From IMG/VR virus record IMGVR_UViG_3300042235_000109: a DNA stretch of 64,000 bases. One strand, given 5' to 3'. This document shows, in pieces, positions 18,668-28,603 of this stretch. The notes beneath the pieces are model-generated. The model searched no databases, was not told the origin of the DNA, and worked only from the letters and a program-made list of their open reading frames with translations. The position numbers and the translations under genes were made by a program. This DNA comes from a virus. Numbering within the stretch: the first letter of the stretch is position 1; each line of letters starts with the position of its first letter.

Positions 18668-19048
18668 TCAGACGCCGTCGCGGGCGATGATGCCGACGGC
18701 GGCCAACTGGCCGAGCTTGGTGGTGATCTTCGCGCCGTCATCGACGGTCGCGTCGTAAGCGAGACCCGCGCGCGACACGATGGAAGGGCCACGGACCACA
18801 ACAATGCCAACTGCATCGGCCAGCGTGGCATCGACGGCATAGAGCAGCACGGCGCTGGCGGTCTGGGCCCCATCGGTGCCGCCGCTGGTGGCCAGCTTGT
18901 ATTTACCGCTGGCCGTGATTTTCCCCAGCACCGAGCCGACCGGGTAGGGCATGCCTTGCAACAGGGTGATCACTTCGCGGGTGTAGTTCGGGTTGACCTC
19001 ATATTTGAGGACGTCGCCCATGCTGGGCGGTTGGGTCAGGACGGGCAT
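18668..19048 (-). CDS. Head decoration protein (gpD family)
   Basis: GSVLGKITASGKY...DGAQTASAVLL motif. Confidence 0.85.
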   Translation of the reverse strand: MPVLTQPPSMGDVLKYEVNPNYTREVITLLQGMPYPVGSVLGKITASGKYKLATSGGTDGAQTASAVLLYAVDATLADAVGIVVVRGPSIVSRAGLAYDATVDDGAKITTKLGQLAAVGIIARDGV

Positions 19049-19081
19049 GGTTCAGTCTCCGGGATGGATTGGGGAAGGTGA

Positions 19082-20464
19082 TCAGCGCTTGGAGTCGGAA
19101 GCGGCCTGTTTTGCGGCAGAGATGATCGGGCTATCCTTGGCGGCGGCTGCGGCCGGGGCTGTGGCGATGATGCCCGCCGCATCGCTGCGGGCGGCGAGAT
19201 CGGCCAGAACCCGGGCGCGCAGGGCTTCAGGCTTCAGACCCTTGGTGACGGCATCGGCCGCGTCGAGGGTCACGCCCAACCGGGCGGCCTGTGCACAGAC
19301 CTGCGCCACCTCGGCGGCTTCGGCGCGGACGGCATCGGCGGTCATGGCGGATGTGTCCGGCGCGGATGGCTCAGGCGCCGTTGGCGCACTGGCAGGCGGC
19401 GTGACTGGTGTGGCCGCAGGGGCCGATGCTGCAGGTGCCTCGGGCGCGACCTCGGCGGTCGGGGTGGCATCGGTGGCGGCAACCGGCGCCGGGTTCGGGG
19501 TGTCAGTGGGCGTGGTGGTCATCTGTGGACCCTTTCTGCTGGAGGAAGTGGTGCCGCGCGGGGCGGCGGCGAAGGTGCGGAAGGCGGTGACGGGGTCGGC
19601 CAATTCGTCGGCGAGGCCCGCAGCAATGGCATCGGCCCCGCGAAACACGGCGGCCTCTGTCGCCAGCGCGGCTGCATGCGTCAGCCGATCCCCGCGACCG
19701 GCAGCGACGGTTTCCGCGAAGAGGAAGCGCACCACCTCCAGCTCGCGCTGCATCTGGTCGTGCACAGCCTCGGGCAGCGGCTGGTAGGGGTTGGCGTCGA
19801 CCTTGTGCGCCCCTGCATGGATCAGGGTGACAGCGATGCCCTTCTGGTCGAGCGCCCCACTCATGTCGGTGTGCAGCGCGACGACGCCGATGCTGCCCAC
19901 AGCGCCCGTGCGGGGCAGGACAATCCGGTCGGCCTGACTGGCGAGGACATAGCCAGCCGACAGCGCATGTTCGGCGACAAAGGCTTGGACAGGCTTCTGC
20001 GCTCGGGCGGCGCGGATGCGATCCGCCAGATCGAAGGCCCCGGCCACCTCGCCGCCGAAGCTGTCGATGTCCAGCGCGATGCCCCGCACGCCGGGATCCG
20101 CGAGCGCTGCGTGCAGCTGTGCGGCGATCCCCTCATAGGAGGTCAGGCCCGAAGACTGGCCGATCCATGCACCACGATGAACCAGTGTGCCCGCGATTTC
20201 GATGACCGCGATGCCGTCAATCATGGCGAAGGGCTGGGTGCCACTGCGTTGGTGACGCTGGGCAAGGTCATTGCCAAACAATGAGGCACGCGCAGGCATA
20301 GCCGCGTATTCAACCTCGCTGGACGGCAGATCGACACCTTGGAACGTGATCTCCTGCCCGGTGATGCGCGGCCCTAACCCCGAGAGGAACGCCATCGCCT
20401 TGGCCGGATCGACCATCAGCGGCGTGTTGAAGGCGCGTTGGGCGATCTGGGCGTGGTGCATCAT
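19082..20464 (-). CDS. S49 prohead protease (gpC-like) with C-terminal scaffold region
   Basis: LDIDSFGGEV, ALSAGY, GSIGV motifs; Pro/Ala/Thr-rich C-terminus. Confidence 0.9.
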   Translation of the reverse strand: MMHHAQIAQRAFNTPLMVDPAKAMAFLSGLGPRITGQEITFQGVDLPSSEVEYAAMPARASLFGNDLAQRHQRSGTQPFAMIDGIAVIEIAGTLVHRGAWIGQSSGLTSYEGIAAQLHAALADPGVRGIALDIDSFGGEVAGAFDLADRIRAARAQKPVQAFVAEHALSAGYVLASQADRIVLPRTGAVGSIGVVALHTDMSGALDQKGIAVTLIHAGAHKVDANPYQPLPEAVHDQMQRELEVVRFLFAETVAAGRGDRLTHAAALATEAAVFRGADAIAAGLADELADPVTAFRTFAAAPRGTTSSSRKGPQMTTTPTDTPNPAPVAATDATPTAEVAPEAPAASAPAATPVTPPASAPTAPEPSAPDTSAMTADAVRAEAAEVAQVCAQAARLGVTLDAADAVTKGLKPEALRARVLADLAARSDAAGIIATAPAAAAAKDSPIISAAKQAASDSKR

Positions 20465-21969
20465 GCGCCCTCCGATGCGTCGGGTTTTTCATCGCCGCGT
20501 TCCTGTGCGTCGTCGTCAGCCCCGTCATCCTTGGCGCTGTCCTGATCCGCCTCCTTCGCTTCACCTTCGCCCGGCCCCTGCGCAGGCGATCCGGGGCGGC
20601 GGAAGTCGAGGCCCAGCGCCAATTCGCGTTTTCGCTCTGCAGCGATTTCCCGGTCGACCTGTTCGGCGTCATAGCCGCGCTCCGCCAGCGCCTGCGTTCG
20701 GGATTTCAGGCCCGCTTCGATCTGCAGGATCTCGGCCGAGGCGTCTTTCATCGGATCGATCCAGTCCCATTTGGTCGGTAACCATGCGCAGGCCTGATAT
20801 TGCCGCCGCTGGCTGTCATAACCCGGCAGGTCCAGCGCGCCCGACAGCACAGCCGTGTCCATCCAGCGCACCCAGACCGCGCGGCAGAGCTGATAGACCA
20901 GCACGCCATGCTGCCAGGCCGAGATGCGGCGGCGGAATTCGATGAGGCTGATCCGCGTGTTCGAGAAGTTGCCCTTGGCGGTGTCGCCGGTCAGATAGCC
21001 ATAGGGCACGCCCAGCGCCGCCGCGATCTGCAGCAGGGTCCGATACTGGAACGGCTCATAGGTGCCGCCCGAATCCGGTGTGGCGGGCGTCGAGACATCC
21101 TCGCCGGGATCGAGCCGCACCACCTGGCCGGGTTCGACCTCCAGATCCTCCTCTGTCGGTTCCAGCGGGGTTTCCGGGGCGGGCGAGGTGATGAACATCG
21201 CGAACATCGCCGCGATCTTTTTGCGCTCCAGTTCGGCATCATCGTAAAGGTCCAGCGTGAACAGCTTGACGATGGCAGCGGCAAAGCGCGACACGCCGCG
21301 CAACTGGCCTGCCTCGACGGGGTCCAGCACATGGATCACATCCGTAGCCGGAACGCGGACGGTTTCGCCCGCGAGGCCGGGATCGGTCAGATCACCCGGG
21401 TGGCGGCGCAGGAAGTGATAGGCGACGCGGCGGCCGATGCCGTCAAACTCGATGCCCTGACGGATCAGCCCGGCACCGGGCAGGGTGCGGTTCATGTCGA
21501 GGGGCAGCATTTCCGCTGGCAGCATCTGCAATTGCAGTGGCACGGTCAGATCATCCTCGACCCGACGCGGGCGGATGCGAAAGAACACTTCGCCCGATAG
21601 GAACACCTCGCGCGCCGCCCGGCGCTGAAGCCCGTAGAAATCCGTCAACCCTTCGGCGTCGGCATCATCCGTCCAGGCCAGCCAGAGTGCTTGCAGCTCT
21701 TCCTTCTTTGCCGCGTCGGTAATCGACGACGACGGCTTGATCCCGTCGCCCACCACATTGCTGGCGAAGGACTCCACCGCATTCGCCGCATAGCCGTTGT
21801 TCCGGACCAGCCAGCGGGCGCGGGCGGTGATCGTGTCCCCCGAGGCCGCGATCAGCGTGTTCACATGGGCGCGGCTGGCCCGAAACCCGCGCAGCCGCCG
21901 ATGGGCCTGAGCGGCATCGAACCCGCCGATGATCGATCCCAGCCGCTGGCGGAACGCCTCGAAAGCCAT
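20461..21969 (-). CDS. Portal protein (lambda gpB family)
   Basis: RNNGYA, GIEFD.IGRRVAYH, GQLRGVS, WDWIDPMKD motifs. Confidence 0.95.
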   Translation of the reverse strand: MAFEAFRQRLGSIIGGFDAAQAHRRLRGFRASRAHVNTLIAASGDTITARARWLVRNNGYAANAVESFASNVVGDGIKPSSSITDAAKKEELQALWLAWTDDADAEGLTDFYGLQRRAAREVFLSGEVFFRIRPRRVEDDLTVPLQLQMLPAEMLPLDMNRTLPGAGLIRQGIEFDGIGRRVAYHFLRRHPGDLTDPGLAGETVRVPATDVIHVLDPVEAGQLRGVSRFAAAIVKLFTLDLYDDAELERKKIAAMFAMFITSPAPETPLEPTEEDLEVEPGQVVRLDPGEDVSTPATPDSGGTYEPFQYRTLLQIAAALGVPYGYLTGDTAKGNFSNTRISLIEFRRRISAWQHGVLVYQLCRAVWVRWMDTAVLSGALDLPGYDSQRRQYQACAWLPTKWDWIDPMKDASAEILQIEAGLKSRTQALAERGYDAEQVDREIAAERKRELALGLDFRRPGSPAQGPGEGEAKEADQDSAKDDGADDDAQERGDEKPDASEGA

Positions 21970-21972
21970 GGA

Positions 21973-22188
21973 TCACAGACCCTTCGAGGCCACGGTGCCC
22001 CAGCGCCGACGACGCGGCGTGCCGGTATTGGCCGTGGCGATCCGGGTTTCCAGATCGGCGATGGCGTTCGCCAATTCCGCGTCCGAGCCGTAGTTGATCG
22101 ATTTGCCGTCATAACTGACCGAGCGGACGCCCGCGTAGCGCGCCTCCTGCAGCGCGGCCAGCAGGGCGCGCATCCGTTCCAGATCCAT
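21973..22188 (-). CDS. Head completion protein (gpW-like)
   Basis: 71 aa between terL and portal; GVRSVSYDGKSINY. Confidence 0.8.
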   Translation of the reverse strand: MDLERMRALLAALQEARYAGVRSVSYDGKSINYGSDAELANAIADLETRIATANTGTPRRRRWGTVASKGL

Positions 22189-22189
22189 C

Positions 22190-24217
22190 TCAGTCCCTCA
22201 TGAAGTTCGGCGTGTAGGCCCGGCGTTTGCGCCGTGGCGTGGTCGGTGTTCCCGCCTTGGGCGGGGTGGGCGTGGTCGGTTCTGCGGCCACACCTTCGAC
22301 AGCAGCCGGGGAGACTGGCGGTCGGGTTTCCACCCCGGCCTGCGCTTCCAGCCGCCGCCAGGTCGCCTCGTCCCAGCGATCCGCGCCCATGATCCACGCC
22401 GCCGCCCTTGCATAGACGCGGGTGTCGAGCGCCTCGTTCCTCTCGCGCATCTTTTGCCATTCGGGGTGGGCATAGCCGCGCTTGTTGCGCACCGTGACCA
22501 GCTGTTCGGCCACCAGCTGTTTCAGCCATTCTGTGTCGATCCAGTCGGGCAGGTGCACCGTGCCGGGGGCGTCCAGCGCGCCCAGCGCTCTGTCTTCATC
22601 AGAGGGGCGCTCCAGCCGCAGAAAGCGATAGGTCTCGGTCTTGAACGTCGCCGTGGCCACCGACCACAGCCGCGCGCCCCGGCGCAGACGTTTGCCGCCG
22701 ATGGTCGCATCGACAAAGGTCGGGCCCGACACCGGCGTCGCTCGGTTGAAGCCTTCGAGGCCCTTGATCGGCGCGACCTGCTCAAAACCCTGCTTGCGCG
22801 CCCAAGCGTAAACCGCAGCGGCCTCATAGCCGGTGTCGATGGCCAGCTTGCCGATCAGCATCACTGCGCCATTGGCGCAGACCCATGTGCGGCCCAAGAG
22901 GGCGGTCAGCTTGTCCCAGCACGTCGGATCGTCCGGACCACCCGCAATCACGATGTGATCGACCAGCCAGGACTCGAGGTCCCGGCCCCAGGCCCAGACA
23001 TCGACCTCGATCCGGTCCTTCTGCACATCGACGCCAGCGGTCAGGAACAGACCACCGACGGGGATTTGCACGCCCGCGTAGCTTTCGCGCCGTTCCGCCA
23101 GCCGCTGCCACTCCGGCGCATCGCCGCTCTCGACCCATGTCTCGCCCAGCAGGGTGTTGCGCGCGGCGCGCAGCATCTCTTCTGAGCCTTGCGCCGCCAG
23201 CCAGTCCCGCGCAATCTGCGCCCAGCTTTTCCATCCCAGCGGCGAATAGAGCGCCGAGATGTGGAAGCCGATGGACTGCGGATCGGCCGAGACTGCGGTC
23301 GCGCGCCACTCGCCCCGCTCCAGCATCTGCGTCTTGTGATGCTCGGCGATGGGGGTCTCGCAGGCTTCGCAGTGGTAAGCTGCCGTGTCCGGCTGTCCCT
23401 TGTCCCAGCGCAGGCGCTCGAACTGCAGCCATTGCATGTGGCCGCAATGCGGGCAGGGCACGAAGTACCGCCGCTGATCGCTGGCCTCGTATTCCCGCTC
23501 GATCCGGCTGATGCCCCGAATGGTCGGGGTCGAGACCATGAACACCTTGCGCCGGTGCGAAAAGGTAGTGGTGCGCGCCTCTGCCAGCGTGACCGGATCG
23601 CCTTCCTCATCGGCGGAGGCCGGATAGGCGTCGACCTCGTCGAGAAAGATGTAGCGGGCAGGCATCGAGCGCAGGCCGGTGGCCGAGTTCGCGCCCGTCA
23701 GCACCAGAATGCCGCCGGGGAACTCTTTTGAGAGCATCGAATTGCCCGCATCGCGTGACCGGGCCGGGTTGACCCGCTCGCGCAGCGTCGGGCTTTCCGC
23801 GATCAGCGGATCAATCCGTCCACGCGACGTGCGCTTGGCCATCTCCACCGTCGGCAGCACTGCCAGCATCGGCCCCGGCGCGTGATGGATCACAAAGCCG
23901 ATCCAGTTGTTGCCTGCCTCGGTCGCGCCGACCTGTGCGGCTTTCATGAACGAGACGCGCTGTGCCGGGTGGCGCGGCGACAGCGCATCCATGATCTCGC
24001 GCAGATAGGGCGCGCGAGCGGTGCGATATCGCCCCGGTTCAGCCGCAGCGCGCGACGACAGCCAGCGATGCGCATCCGCCCATTCCGACACCGTCAGGTC
24101 CGGATCGGGCCGCATCCCGTTCCGCCAGACGCGCAGGATGTCCTCGGCCCCGTCAAACCCGAGGTCGAGATCGACGGTCAGGTCGTCGCCGGTCAGATCA
24201 TCATTGTCATCATCCAA
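22190..24217 (-). CDS. Terminase large subunit (lambda gpA family); TTG start inferred
   Basis: KAAQVGAT Walker A, FLDEVD Walker B, CPHC/CEAC, GVDVQKDR, NEALD. Confidence 0.95.
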   Translation of the reverse strand: MDDDNDDLTGDDLTVDLDLGFDGAEDILRVWRNGMRPDPDLTVSEWADAHRWLSSRAAAEPGRYRTARAPYLREIMDALSPRHPAQRVSFMKAAQVGATEAGNNWIGFVIHHAPGPMLAVLPTVEMAKRTSRGRIDPLIAESPTLRERVNPARSRDAGNSMLSKEFPGGILVLTGANSATGLRSMPARYIFLDEVDAYPASADEEGDPVTLAEARTTTFSHRRKVFMVSTPTIRGISRIEREYEASDQRRYFVPCPHCGHMQWLQFERLRWDKGQPDTAAYHCEACETPIAEHHKTQMLERGEWRATAVSADPQSIGFHISALYSPLGWKSWAQIARDWLAAQGSEEMLRAARNTLLGETWVESGDAPEWQRLAERRESYAGVQIPVGGLFLTAGVDVQKDRIEVDVWAWGRDLESWLVDHIVIAGGPDDPTCWDKLTALLGRTWVCANGAVMLIGKLAIDTGYEAAAVYAWARKQGFEQVAPIKGLEGFNRATPVSGPTFVDATIGGKRLRRGARLWSVATATFKTETYRFLRLERPSDEDRALGALDAPGTVHLPDWIDTEWLKQLVAEQLVTVRNKRGYAHPEWQKMRERNEALDTRVYARAAAWIMGADRWDEATWRRLEAQAGVETRPPVSPAAVEGVAAEPTTPTPPKAGTPTTPRRKRRAYTPNFMRD

Positions 24218-24746
24218 GCGAGACCCTGAGATCAGCGAGGGCGTCGAGTTGCGCTCTGACATGGGTTTCCAGCACCCTCTGCAGGATCGCGGCCTCGATG
24301 ATCACCGGTGTGCCGGATTGCTGTTCCACCTCTGCTGCCACTTCGGCCGCCATCAGCGCCGCCACTCTGCTGGGCCAGGTCACCCAGGTATCGCGCTCCT
24401 GGCGCGCAAGGCGAAACACCAGCGTCTCGGCGCGCGCCCGGTCGACCAGCGTGCCCTTCCGTTTCTGGATCGCCAGCTGGCGTTCCTGCGCCTGATAGAC
24501 CGTCAGTGCGGTGCGGGCCTTCAGATAGGACGAGCTGTCGGCCGGGCCGGAGAAACCACTGTCGCCACCCGTGCTGCGCCGCTGCTGGTCCGGATCGGTC
24601 ATCTCGGCGCGGCGCACATCGGAGGCGGCCGCGTTGATCGACCCGTCTTTGTAAACCACCAGCCGCCCGGCCTTGCGTGCCTTCTGGATCGCCCCGCGCG
24701 ACAGGCCGGAATGGGCGGAGTACTCGCGCTCGGACATACCTTCCAT
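24210..24746 (-). CDS. Terminase small subunit (Nu1-like)
   Basis: N-terminal HTH (MSEREYSAHSGLSRGAIQKA), coiled region, G.LVDR; directly upstream of terL. Confidence 0.75.
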   Translation of the reverse strand: MEGMSEREYSAHSGLSRGAIQKARKAGRLVVYKDGSINAAASDVRRAEMTDPDQQRRSTGGDSGFSGPADSSSYLKARTALTVYQAQERQLAIQKRKGTLVDRARAETLVFRLARQERDTWVTWPSRVAALMAAEVAAEVEQQSGTPVIIEAAILQRVLETHVRAQLDALADLRVSLG

Positions 24747-24874
24747 GGCGATTGACGGAGCCTCAAGATATTGGAATTAAACGGAAATGGTCGTTTTATT
24801 CAGTTGATTACACTTGCCGCTAGAGCGAGTCTGGGTCCAAGGAAACGATGCAACTCACCCCCGGAGACGACGCC

Positions 24875-25093
24875 ATGACCGCAAAGACCGCCCCCGCCAA
24901 AGCCCCCAGCGACGCCCTGCTGCTGGAGATCGCGACACGGCATTTTCACACGATCGAGACGCTGGAGACCCGCAACAGTGATCGCCTCGACTTCCACGAT
25001 GTCGCGGTCTGGGCGATCCGCGCCGCGCTGGAAGAGGCCTTCGAGGCCGGACGCCGCACGGGTGAAGCCACCACATCGACAAGCCAATCCTGA
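24875..25093 (+). CDS. Small phage protein (DUF6900-like)
   Basis: ETLETRNSDRLDFHDVAVW motif; GGAG RBS. Confidence 0.7.
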   Translation: MTAKTAPAKAPSDALLLEIATRHFHTIETLETRNSDRLDFHDVAVWAIRAALEEAFEAGRRTGEATTSTSQS

Positions 25094-25099
25094 AAGGAC

Positions 25100-25324
25100 A
25101 TGACCATGACTGCCACGACCACGATCCGCATTGACCATGCCGCCCTGCCGGATCCGCTGAACCTCAAGGGACCTGACGCTGCCGCCCGGATGATTGAGGC
25201 CGCGCTGCGCGACGAGGGCATCAAGGCCGAGGCCTCGGATGTGATCTCGCATCTGAAGATCGAGCTGCCCACCACCCAGCTTGCCGCCGCCAGCGTCCTG
25301 CTGGCGAGCCTTCAGCTGATCTGA
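25100..25324 (+). CDS. Hypothetical protein
   Basis: 74 aa, AAGGA RBS, operon-like spacing. Confidence 0.6.
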   Translation: MTMTATTTIRIDHAALPDPLNLKGPDAAARMIEAALRDEGIKAEASDVISHLKIELPTTQLAAASVLLASLQLI

Positions 25325-25336
25325 GGGGGCACGACG

Positions 25337-25699
25337 ATGCCCCCGTCCTTCAACTGCCTGCCCGAGGGCGAGACTCTTGTCGAGCTTGCCCGCCGCGAGT
25401 GTGCCATCGGCTTCGATCTGCGGTTCTGCCGCAGCGTGGCCACCAGCCCCGACGACCGTGACACCGAGACCTGCGACGCGACCGAGGCGGAATTCGCCAC
25501 GCTTTATGCCCTGACCGATCTGGGCGAGGCCATCGCGATCCACGATGCCAACCTGACCAGCGCCGGGGCCGACGAGGTCGCCACCATCGCCCGCGCGCTG
25601 TTTGTCGCCATCATCAATGCGCGGCGCGACTCGCCCGATGCCGCCCAGCGCCATGAGGCGGAACAGGCGGCACTGATCGATCCGGATCACATTGCATGA
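25337..25699 (+). CDS. Hypothetical protein
   Basis: 120 aa, GAGG RBS, acidic. Confidence 0.6.
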   Translation: MPPSFNCLPEGETLVELARRECAIGFDLRFCRSVATSPDDRDTETCDATEAEFATLYALTDLGEAIAIHDANLTSAGADEVATIARALFVAIINARRDSPDAAQRHEAEQAALIDPDHIA

Positions 25700-25801
25700 T
25701 TACAAAGCCATGAAATTGCTCGGAATTGCCTACGATAATCGGCGCAGCAGAGCGATGGTGATTGTACCAAAACGATGCAACTCAGCCAAAGGAACCCCGC
25801 C

Positions 25802-26107
25802 ATGACCCGCCTCAACCCGATCACCACACCCCGCCACCAGCTGCGCGCCGAGAAGGCCGCGCGCAACCGGGGTGAGACCGGTTCCGCCACCGGTTCAAGG
25901 AACCGGTCGAACGCACTCTCCGCATTCATCGCAAAGAAAGCCGAGATCGACACCATGCTCGCCCGCTTGGCAAGTCTCAGCGACGACCATTTCGAGACCC
26001 ACCCCGACGAGGTCAACTGGGGGCATGTCGGCACGCTGGAGCACTACGCGAGCCTGCTGAAGCGCATCACCGACGGCGCCTTTGGCGAGGGTGAGTTCGC
26101 CGAGTGA
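25802..26107 (+). CDS. Hypothetical phage protein containing an in-frame palindrome
   Basis: AAGGA RBS; LSDDHF...DEVNWGHVGTL motif. Confidence 0.65.
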   Translation: MTRLNPITTPRHQLRAEKAARNRGETGSATGSRNRSNALSAFIAKKAEIDTMLARLASLSDDHFETHPDEVNWGHVGTLEHYASLLKRITDGAFGEGEFAE

Positions 26108-26205
26108 TCCCCGGCTTTGCGCCTCGCCCGGCCCGCCACCATGGCGGGCTTGGTCTGGTAGGAGAACGCGCATTCCGCGCTGCCCGACACTATCGGAGAC
26201 ATCCC

Positions 26206-26766
26206 ATGCCCAAACTCACCGACACGCAGACCATCATCCTCAGCCGCGCGGCGACCCGCCCCGGCAATCTGGCCATGCCGCTGCCCGAGGGGCTGCATGG
26301 CGCGGCCGCCAAGATGGCCGTCACCCGCATGATCACCAATGGCTGGATCGAGGAGGTTGATGCCGACCCTCGCCGCGGCGAGCCGCTCTGGCGCGAGACG
26401 GGCGACGGACATGGCACCACGCTGATCGCCACCGAGGCCGGGCTGGAGGCCATCGGGATCGAGCCGGTGGTGGTCAGCGCTGTCGCCAGCGCGCGGAAGG
26501 GAAAGCCCAAGCCCGATGTCGCACCGACGCCCGAAGCTGCGGACACCGCAAAACCCGTCGCCATCCGCTCGGGCACGAAGCAGGCGCAGATCATCGCGCT
26601 CATTCAGCGGCCCGAGGGCGCATCCATCGCCGAGATTGTCGAGGCGACCTCGTGGCAGCCGCATAGTGCACGTGGCCTGATCTCGGGCGGGCTGAAGAAG
26701 AAGCTGGGGCTACAGATCACATCCGTAAAAGAGCAAGGACGCGGGTCGGTGTATCGGATCGGATGA
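26206..26766 (+). CDS. DUF3489 winged-helix protein
   Basis: GTKQAQIIALIQRPEGASIAEI...WQPHSARG..SG.LKKKLGL. Confidence 0.85.
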   Translation: MPKLTDTQTIILSRAATRPGNLAMPLPEGLHGAAAKMAVTRMITNGWIEEVDADPRRGEPLWRETGDGHGTTLIATEAGLEAIGIEPVVVSAVASARKGKPKPDVAPTPEAADTAKPVAIRSGTKQAQIIALIQRPEGASIAEIVEATSWQPHSARGLISGGLKKKLGLQITSVKEQGRGSVYRIG

Positions 26767-26796
26767 CGTCGAAAAGAGCCCGAATCGGTCATTCAG

Positions 26797-27093
26797 CTAC
26801 ACGCCCAGCCAAGCCAGTCCGGAAAAGGCCGCCACACCCACGGCCATGGTCAGGATGACGTGGTTCGTCACAACAGCGGCGCCAAGCGCCACCCCGGCCG
26901 CAATCCAGGTTGGCAATGATTGTCCGGCGAGTGAGGAAGCGACCAGACTGACCACGATCAGCCCCGGCAGTTCATCCAGCATCCAGGCATGTCGTGATGC
27001 CCGGATACGCCCGCCCGCAACCAGCCCCGACACGCGGATCGCGAAAGCCGCGACGGCCAATAGCCCGATCACTGCCCAATACGTTCCGCTCAT
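26797..27093 (-). CDS. AzlD-like small membrane subunit
   Basis: ~98 aa hydrophobic; overlaps AzlC-like gene by 4 nt. Confidence 0.75.
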   Translation of the reverse strand: MSGTYWAVIGLLAVAAFAIRVSGLVAGGRIRASRHAWMLDELPGLIVVSLVASSLAGQSLPTWIAAGVALGAAVVTNHVILTMAVGVAAFSGLAWLGV

Positions 27094-27782
27094 CCAATGG
27101 CCGCCTTCCTGCGGCGCAGTAATGCGCAGGTTGCCAGCCCGAAGAGCGCGCCCACGATGATGCCATAGGCTTTGGGCATACCCAAAGAAACGACGGACAT
27201 TGTGGCTCCTGACGCAATGATCCATGGGAGCAGCTGTGATTGCCCTCGCCACAGCCCCCTTGCCATGGCGATGAAGGCCGCGGTGAAGGCGAAGCCGAGG
27301 CCAAAGCGTTCAAGATCAGGGAGCACTGCCCCGATCAGGGCACCCGCTGTGGTCGACGCTGTCCAGACTAAGATCATCACGAAGCCTGACCCCATCAGAA
27401 ACGCCGCTCCCACGTCCGGCGACTTCGCGCGTTCTGCCATAGTCAGCGCCCAGTTTTCGTCTCCTGTGATGTGGATGGCGAGCAACTTCGCACGCAGCGA
27501 CAGTCCGCCCAGCACATCTGACAATGAAGCTATAATGCCAATGTAGCGCAGATTGAGAGCAGCTCCCGCCAGCACTGCCCCCACCACTGTCCCGGTTGTG
27601 GCAAACTGCTCTACCGCGACAATCTGCGATGAACCTGCATGGACAGACGCGCTCATCAGGCCGACACCCCACCACGGAAAACCCACCTGCGCGGCCAGCA
27701 ACCCGAAAGCGAAGCCATAGACGGCTGCACCAAGGGCGAGAGGAAGAATTGCAAATGCACCACGTCTCATGGCTCGCAACAT
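27090..27782 (-). CDS. AzlC-family branched-chain amino-acid exporter
   Basis: AGSSQ, LNLRY, TGDENWA motifs. Confidence 0.9.
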   Translation of the reverse strand: MLRAMRRGAFAILPLALGAAVYGFAFGLLAAQVGFPWWGVGLMSASVHAGSSQIVAVEQFATTGTVVGAVLAGAALNLRYIGIIASLSDVLGGLSLRAKLLAIHITGDENWALTMAERAKSPDVGAAFLMGSGFVMILVWTASTTAGALIGAVLPDLERFGLGFAFTAAFIAMARGLWRGQSQLLPWIIASGATMSVVSLGMPKAYGIIVGALFGLATCALLRRRKAAIG

Positions 27783-27872
27783 AAATATGTTTTGTGATGT
27801 ATGATATGCGGCTTTACGCAGTTTTGTGATCGGCTAAGATCAGATCACGCTTGGAAGCTGCGGGACGAAATC

Positions 27873-28325
27873 ATGGACGCGACAGACCGGAAGCTGCTCG
27901 ATCAGATGCAGCGGAATGCCAAGACGTCAATTCAAGCGCTTGCTGAGACGACCGGTATCTCGACCGCCTCCGTGCAGCGGCGGATGCGCCTGCTACGGGA
28001 CGCGGGGGTTATCCAGCGTGAAGTGGCAATTCTGGACCCCAAGCCCTTGGGACTGGGCATCACCGCCATCGTGGCGGTCGAGCTTGAGCGGGATCGCCTT
28101 GATCAGATCGACGCCTTCAAACGCAAGGCGCGCGAGGACCGGCAGGTGACCCACTTCTATTGCATTGCCGGGGATGCCGATTTCATTCTTGTCGTGATGG
28201 CACAGAATATTGGGGCCTACGAGGCGTTCACGCATCGGTTCTTCTTCGCCGACAAGAACGTCCGAAAGTTCCGAACTTCTATCGTGGTTTCGACGGAAAA
28301 GGCTACGTCGGAGCTGCCGATTTAG
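27873..28325 (+). CDS. Lrp/AsnC-family regulator
   Basis: MDATDRKLL HTH and IAGDADF effector-domain motif; divergent from azlC-like gene. Confidence 0.95.
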   Translation: MDATDRKLLDQMQRNAKTSIQALAETTGISTASVQRRMRLLRDAGVIQREVAILDPKPLGLGITAIVAVELERDRLDQIDAFKRKAREDRQVTHFYCIAGDADFILVVMAQNIGAYEAFTHRFFFADKNVRKFRTSIVVSTEKATSELPI

Positions 28326-28387
28326 GGAAGATTGCAGCGTTGAACCGGCGTATGCCTTGTTCTGACATCCCGCATAGCTGCCAAAGG

Positions 28388-28603
28388 CTACCGCTCGCCG
28401 ACTGCCTCGAACAGCCTGCGCAGCGCGTAGCTGCGAAGAAGCGAGATCACCACGAAAACCCCGCCCAGCGTCATGTTTTCGCCGAGGCTCGCATGCAGGC
28501 CGAACCACGGGAAAACCGCGATCTGCGCGGCGACGGCAAGCCCATAGCCCACGGCGACATTGGTGATGGCCTCCATCAGCGACATGCGGCGCGACTGTGT
28601 CAT
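28388..28603 (-). CDS. Small two-TM phage protein
   Basis: MTQSRRMSLMEAITNVAVG...SLLRSYALRRLFE; translationally coupled to MTase. Confidence 0.7.
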   Translation of the reverse strand: MTQSRRMSLMEAITNVAVGYGLAVAAQIAVFPWFGLHASLGENMTLGGVFVVISLLRSYALRRLFEAVGER

